Source: Felis catus
Lineage: Eukaryota
Direction of reading: 5' to 3'
Length of the DNA: 64,000 nucleotides
Assembly: GCF_018350175.1 (NCBI RefSeq)
Contig: NC_058373.1
Location: 43,834,001 to 43,898,000 of the forward strand
Positions 58,691-64,000 of this stretch are shown here, piece by piece (the first letter of the stretch is position 1; every line of letters starts with the position of its first letter). Made by a program: the position numbers and the translations under genes. The notes under the pieces are model-generated. The model ran no database searches, was not told the DNA's origin, and was given only the letters and a program-made list of their open reading frames with translations.

Positions 58691-59456
58691 TTGATTGTTT
58701 TTAATCACCAATTAAATCAACTAGATCCTAAGATATCTTAGAATCACATAAAATAATCGCAGTCCTTATTCCCAGAGAACTTGCTATCTCCTAGGGAGAA
58801 ATGCTTGCCAAAAAAAGGCACAAGAACACTCATTCATTCATTCACCATCATTCTAGTATTCTTACAAAATATTAGACAGTATGGTAGGCCTTGGGGAGAC
58901 TGGGATATTTAATAAGAGGGATAAGAGAGAACCACACTGAAGCAGGTGAAGGACATACAAGCTTTCAATTTTAATGAGACTACATTAGGTCCCAAGAAAT
59001 TTTAGCATCTCTGTACATGTTCATCCTTCCCATTTAGTTGCCTTGCTTCTAAACTGCTTCTCACCCTTGGATTCAGATGACGTTACTTCTGAAAGGTCTT
59101 AGCCATAATCCCCAGAGTTGTATAGACCTCTGTAATAGCATCTTGGCATGTTGAATTGTAACTGGGTGTCTGCCAGTCTCACTCATCCTTGAGAAAAGAA
59201 CTGTGTTTTCATGGCATAAGTCCTAGATGTAGAAGATGTCCCATACATGTATATTGAACAGGTTAATATTTGAATCATGAAAGCTAGATAGAATTGCTTT
59301 TTGAAAACTTCCTAGAAGTGCTAATATGCAAACCTTCCAAACAATTTCAGAAAAGAAAATCAAACATCTCAATAAGTGTAATACATAGGTCGGTTGAAGT
59401 CGTGTGATTCTCCCACAATGCCTTGATCTGATAACAAAGGTTTTAAAAGTGGGTGA

Positions 59457-59790
59457 GGGAAATAAGTCAGTCAGAGAAAGAAAAATATCATATGATTTCA
59501 CTCATATGTGGAATTTAAGAAACAAAACAGATGAACATAGGGGAAGGGCAGGAAAAATAAGATAAAAACAGAGAGGGAGGCAAACTATAAGAGACTCTTA
59601 AATACAGAGAACAAACTGAGGGCTGCTAGAGGGAGGTGGGTGGGGGATGGGCTAAATGGGTGATGGGCATTAAGGAGGGTGTTTGTTGGGATGAGCCCTG
59701 GGTGTTATACGTAAGTGATGAATCACCAAATTCTACTCCTAAAATTATTATTATACTATATGTTAACTAACTTGGAGTTAAATAAACAAA
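59457..59790 (+). mobile_element. Carnivore L1 (L1_Carn-like) 3' end, 5'-truncated
   Basis: 'aataagtcagtcagagaaag...tatgatttcactcatatgtggaatttaagaaacaaaacagatgaacataggggaagg...gatgaatcaccaaattctactcct...tatgttaactaacttgg'. Confidence 0.93.
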
Positions 59791-59795
59791 TAGAT

Positions 59796-59823
59796 GATAG
59801 ATAGATAGATAGATAGATAGATA
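59796..59823 (+). repeat. (GATA)7 microsatellite arising in the L1 A-rich tail
   Basis: Read directly. Confidence 0.95.
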
Positions 59824-61544
59824 AAATTAAAATAAAGTAAGATAAAGTAAATAAAACTGAAACATAAAAAAAATAAAAATAAAAATAGGAAAGAAAGCAA
59901 GAATGTTTTGCAATACTCTGGTTGGTGACAGGGTCAGCCAGCTTAATACCGAGTATCCACCACCTTTGGCAAAGTGTTCGAGCACAGGGGTCTGGGTGAC
60001 ACAGACTCTTCTGTGGACTTACCTCCTACTCTAGGTACCTCCCACCTTCCTCTATGACTGTCTTCAACTTTCATCCTCCCAGTTGATCCTACATAATGTA
60101 CTGTTCTCAATTCTCAGTGATCGGTCAGGGAGAACTACTCAGCCTCACCAGAAGATTGACTTTCTCCCTGCACACCTGCCCTGCAGAACTGTTCTGAGGG
60201 GTCCCGACCATGTGCCTCTCATGCACAGCTCTGTGCCCTGCCCTTCTGTCCCCTTCACCCAGAATGCCCCCTCTCCTCTGCGAGCTCCCGCAATGTGTGT
60301 ATCTGCCACATCGTTCTGAAAGGAGGTTGGGAAGAAGAGTCTCTGGGGTGGATGTTTAACTGACCATGGAGGTAGTTCCCAGAGGGGTGTCCAAATATCT
60401 TTTCACCATTAAGTGAAGTCTCTTATATGTGATAAGTATATAGCCTCCCCCCCCAAAAGAGGGGGTGAGGAGATAATATGTATGGGCACCAGTGCAGTGA
60501 TGTACAGGACTTCCAAAGTGACTATTGTCTTTGGCTTGGGAAGAAAGACCTTAAAATCCAGTTCAAGGCCCATGTGACCCAGATGTCTCTAGTCAGCTAA
60601 ACCATTTGTCAAAAGGATAATTCTACTGACCCTAACCGTGTGGTGGTCTTTTAGCCCTCCTACTTCCTGTCAGAACCCACAAATGATAGATCCCAGAAAA
60701 CACCAACCTCAGAAAAAAACAATTATGGGGGGAGGACCAACCTCAGAAAATTAATTTTCGTCACTCTGTTACACTCAACAACTAATTAGCTTAAAGTTCC
60801 CTAAGAGAACCTTTATGCTGTTGTGGATTGATTTGCTTGAAATAGTAGAACTCTGTGGGCCTCCAGAAGGGTGTGGTGGATGAAGGCACAAAACTCTTGG
60901 CTCTCACGGCTCTGGCTTTTCTCTTTCCCTAAGGATAACTTTCATTAAATATCCTGAGCAACTGTGGTCTTCAAAAGAGTTTTTGGAGAACCTGATCCTT
61001 AAGTGAAACAAGCAAAAGGTTGAAAATAATTACCATGAAAAATAATATTTCACAAGGCTCATTGGGTGGTCTCCTGGAGCACACTGCCAGGTAGAAGAAG
61101 CCAAAACATTTAACCTCATAGAGGCATTCCAGTTTACAGTAAATGTATGGAAGCCCTGACTTCCTTTGTGCATGGAGGAGTTGGGTTCTTTGATCTGCCT
61201 TAGGCCTCTACTGCAGAAATTTATTCTCTGAATGGCCGTATTCTTCTCTAGGGTACCACTGGAAGCCTCACTGTTGAACATATTGATGGGACAACAGCAC
61301 ATACATTTCTAACCAAGGGCTTGGGGTAGTCCTTTTTTCCCCCAAATCCCTCTCCATACATCAGAGGACAGCCTTAAGCTTTCTTGGAGAACTGGACTAC
61401 GTTTTGCTACCATTTGTAGATATGCCCAGTTTTTATTGCTCATGGATCATGTGGTTCAGACAGGACCTTGCCTTGGAAGGCACAGTACCTGGGTTCCCCT
61501 CAGGGTACTTACATGCCAGTCATGTCTCCTCCCTGAACCTCACT

Positions 61545-61560
61545 GTTGTTGTTGTTGTTT

Positions 61561-61594
<34 letters not shown>
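61545..61594 (+). repeat. (GTT)5 TTT (GTT)10 microsatellite
   Basis: Read directly. Confidence 0.97.
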
Positions 61595-61687
61595 GTCATA
61601 CATAACTAGAATTTTTTCGTGGGTTTCCTGTGAGCCTTGTGCCCTGATAGTTATCTGGGTTATCTCGAGAGCCTCCTGAGATGTAGA

Positions 61688-61830
61688 TATTATTATTACC
61701 TTCCTTTTATCAATGATAAAAATGAAGCCTAGAGAGATTAAGTAGCTTGCCCCAGATCACCTTTGGTAAGTAGAAAAGGCAGGATTTGAACGCGGGCAGA
61801 CTGACTGTAAAGGCCACACTCTGAACCTCG
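61688..61830 (-). mobile_element. MIR SINE
   Basis: 'tattattattaccttccttttatcaatgataaaaatgaagcctagagagattaagtagcttgccccagatcac...ggcaggatttgaacgcgggcag'. Confidence 0.85.
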
Positions 61831-61977
61831 ATATTGCCACATTAGGGGAAAGTAAGGCTAAAATAAGTGAATGTCCTTTTTCAGCACTCAATTTTTATAA
61901 TTCTTTAAGTCGTTCCATAAGTTCCGTAGCACTACTATTTGATTCCAGTGATTGATAAGAAATTTCATGAACTGGAA

Positions 61978-62198
61978 CAGAAGTTGGCAAACTATTTTTG
62001 CAAAGCCAAGTATGGGCCCCTGCCCATTTATGTCAATAAAGTTTTTTTGGAATACAGCCACATTCATTTCTTTACATATTGTCTATGGCTGCACTTTTAC
62101 CAAAATGGCAAGGTTGAGTACTGCAAAAGACAGTCTGGGTGCACAGCAAAAAAAAGTACTTTCCTGACCCTTTTATGAAAGAGATTTGCCAACACCTA
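61978..62198 (+). mobile_element. MER58A (hAT-Charlie MITE), full length
   Basis: 'cagaagttggcaaacta...aataaagtttttttggaatacagccac...catattgtctatggctgc...gatttgccaacaccta' with terminal inverted repeats. Confidence 0.92.
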
Positions 62199-62199
62199 A

Positions 62200-62320
62200 G
62201 CTAGAATGTAAGGCTACAGTGCTGGGAACTTTATTCTGTTTACTCCTGTGTTTCCAGCACATAGAACAATGCTCAGTACATAACAGGTGCTTGATGCATG
62301 GTTCTGAAAAAATGAATGAC
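62200..62320 (+). mobile_element. L2a 3' end
   Basis: 'ctagaatgtaag...ctcctgtgtttccagcacatagaacaatgctcagtacataacaggtgcttgatg...aatgaatga'. Confidence 0.85.
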
Positions 62321-63348
62321 ATAAAAAGAAATTTGTAACTTCATCAGCTATGCCCTGGTAAATGTGGCTTCATTCTGGAAAGAAGCAGAATTTTAGAATA
62401 AGCTCTTCCTCCAAAACCTATGAAATATAATGTTCAAATACACAAATTTTATGAGCAGTGAACTCATAAAATGAGATTTTTAGCAATTTTCTTGAGCATT
62501 TACCAAAGGTGGGGTGGGATCCTAGCTGCAAAATAAATTTGGTTTAGGTTTTTCTCCCCCCAACCCCCTTCACTACCTTTAGGACCTGATGCCTTGGCTT
62601 GGTAAAATTAATGTTGACATTGAAAACTACTTTATTTGTTTTAGGTGGATTCTTCATTAAACTAATGGACAAATACGCCTAAAAGGATAGACAGACTGCT
62701 TTGGATTCTGTCTTTGCCCCTTCTTTCATGAATTACTATGCAAAGATCAATTCCCTACTATTTTACGCCTGGCAGTTACCTACAGAATTTGCTTTCTGCT
62801 CCAGAATGTATTATTTGGGGATGTTTAAAACAGCATCTGGGTATCTCTAGTTGTATCCCAATTTAATAGAGCTAATACAGCTAATTGGATGTGAGAGTTG
62901 CTCAGTAGAAGCTACTTTATATTCTAGAACCAACTTGGAAACATAATAGCTATGGCAGGGTTTTTTTTCCCCCAAGTTCTTATAGTCATTTATCTTAGCA
63001 GTGCATTAATTAATTTTCTTTCATTATCTGGTACTTAGTCATAAAATGTTGTCATTCTCATTATGTCATTCTGCAAAATGCTCTGTACATATTGTTAGTA
63101 CTACTGAAATGTGTGAGCTCACTGCTAATCGTGTGAGCGTATTTGGAAATTATTCCTGTAGAAATAATATTTAATGTTTAATAGCAAGTTCTCCTGGCCT
63201 TAGAAGTACATGCACACTTCTGGAATAGATCTAAGTGGTTTGACCATTTTATTCATTGGTTCATTTATTACTGTAACCTACTTTGTGCTGAATACTTGGC
63301 TAAAAGATTAGGATGTTGGAAAACGCGTGCGCACACAGACACACACCA

Positions 63349-63350
<2 letters not shown>

Positions 63351-63398
<48 letters not shown>
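63351..63398 (+). repeat. (CA)24 microsatellite
   Basis: Perfect run read directly. Confidence 0.98.
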
Positions 63399-63399
<1 letters not shown>

Positions 63400-63499
63400 C
63401 CTTTACCCATAAAAGACCACCATCTGGTGCAGAGGATGTTCGGTAGACATTTAGGATGTGGGATAAACAATTTGATCATGGACTGGGGAGAGGACCCAG

Positions 63500-63860
63500 C
63501 TGAGGTTGGGGGAGGGGAAAGATTAGGGAAGAATCTTGAAGGATTTGACCCTTGAAACCTGAAAACCAAGAAGAAGGAAGGATGGAGAAAGGTGAGGGAG
63601 CATAGATAAAGGATTGGGAAAAAACAGAAAACAAAAAATGAGTAGGGATTACCTGGTACCTTGGTAAGAAAGATACAAAAGGATATTCAGAGAGGTCAAA
63701 AAAGCAGGTGAAAGGCAGATAGCATTGAACAATACGTGTGCTTGTGAGATAGAAGAATACAGGGGATGAGCAAGGGTTGAGGACCTGTGTGCCATGCTAA
63801 GGAGTTGAATTTGATAGTCTGGGTGCTGGGGAGCCACAGAAAAATGACCATACATCCTGC
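63500..63860 (-). mobile_element. L2 fragments (diverged)
   Basis: 'gaggacctgtgtgccatgctaaggagttgaatttgat...ggggagccacagaa' resembles antisense L2. Confidence 0.55.
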
Positions 63861-64000
63861 AGTAGGAGGGAACTAACTGGAATGACAGTTCAGCCTGTGA
63901 TGATACTGGCATTGGGGGCAGCAGGAGTCCCTCTCTCTATGAATGAACCACATCTTCATTCACGAGATATTGAGGTGTCTGGGCCTCAGATATTGAGCTC

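Noticed and set aside
59630-59690. G-quadruplex-forming G-runs
   Set aside because: Ordinary G-rich tract of the L1 3' UTR, already explained by the element.
1-64000. Prokaryotic-type systems (CRISPR arrays, operons, IS elements), viral or numt insertions, tRNA/rRNA/snRNA genes
   Set aside because: No regularly spaced repeat-spacer array, no gene-dense or compositionally foreign segment, and no RNA gene recognised; tRNA-like boxes occur only as Can-SINE heads.

Overview
Mammalian nuclear DNA from a carnivoran, almost certainly a cat-family (Felidae) genome: it carries young felid-type Can-SINEs and a felid-type L1 3' end. Three N-gaps suggest a draft scaffold. I find no credible protein-coding sequence; the ORF track consists of chance ORFs, microsatellite read-throughs, repeat-derived frames and N-gap artefacts. 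The window reads as a large intron or intergenic interval. It holds 10 Can-SINEs, many ancient MIR/L2/L1M fragments, hAT-Charlie MITEs (MER3, MER5A/A1, MER20, MER58A), one MaLR solo LTR and many microsatellites. The non-repeat stretches contain candidate cis-regulatory clusters (AP-1 triplet with hairpin at 4.9 kb; GC-box/CTCF/NF-kB at 20.4 kb; a CpG-enriched STAT/kB cluster at 43.3-44.1 kb) and a few candidate small exons, mostly on the + strand. I cannot name the host gene and see no evidence for a novel multi-gene system. The best second-look items are a near-identical inverted SINE pair, two ultra-short retrotransposition footprints with target-site duplications (TSDs), the regulatory clusters and a 24-nt microexon candidate. 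Repeat family names come from recalled consensus sequences, not a database search, and boundaries of old repeats are approximate.
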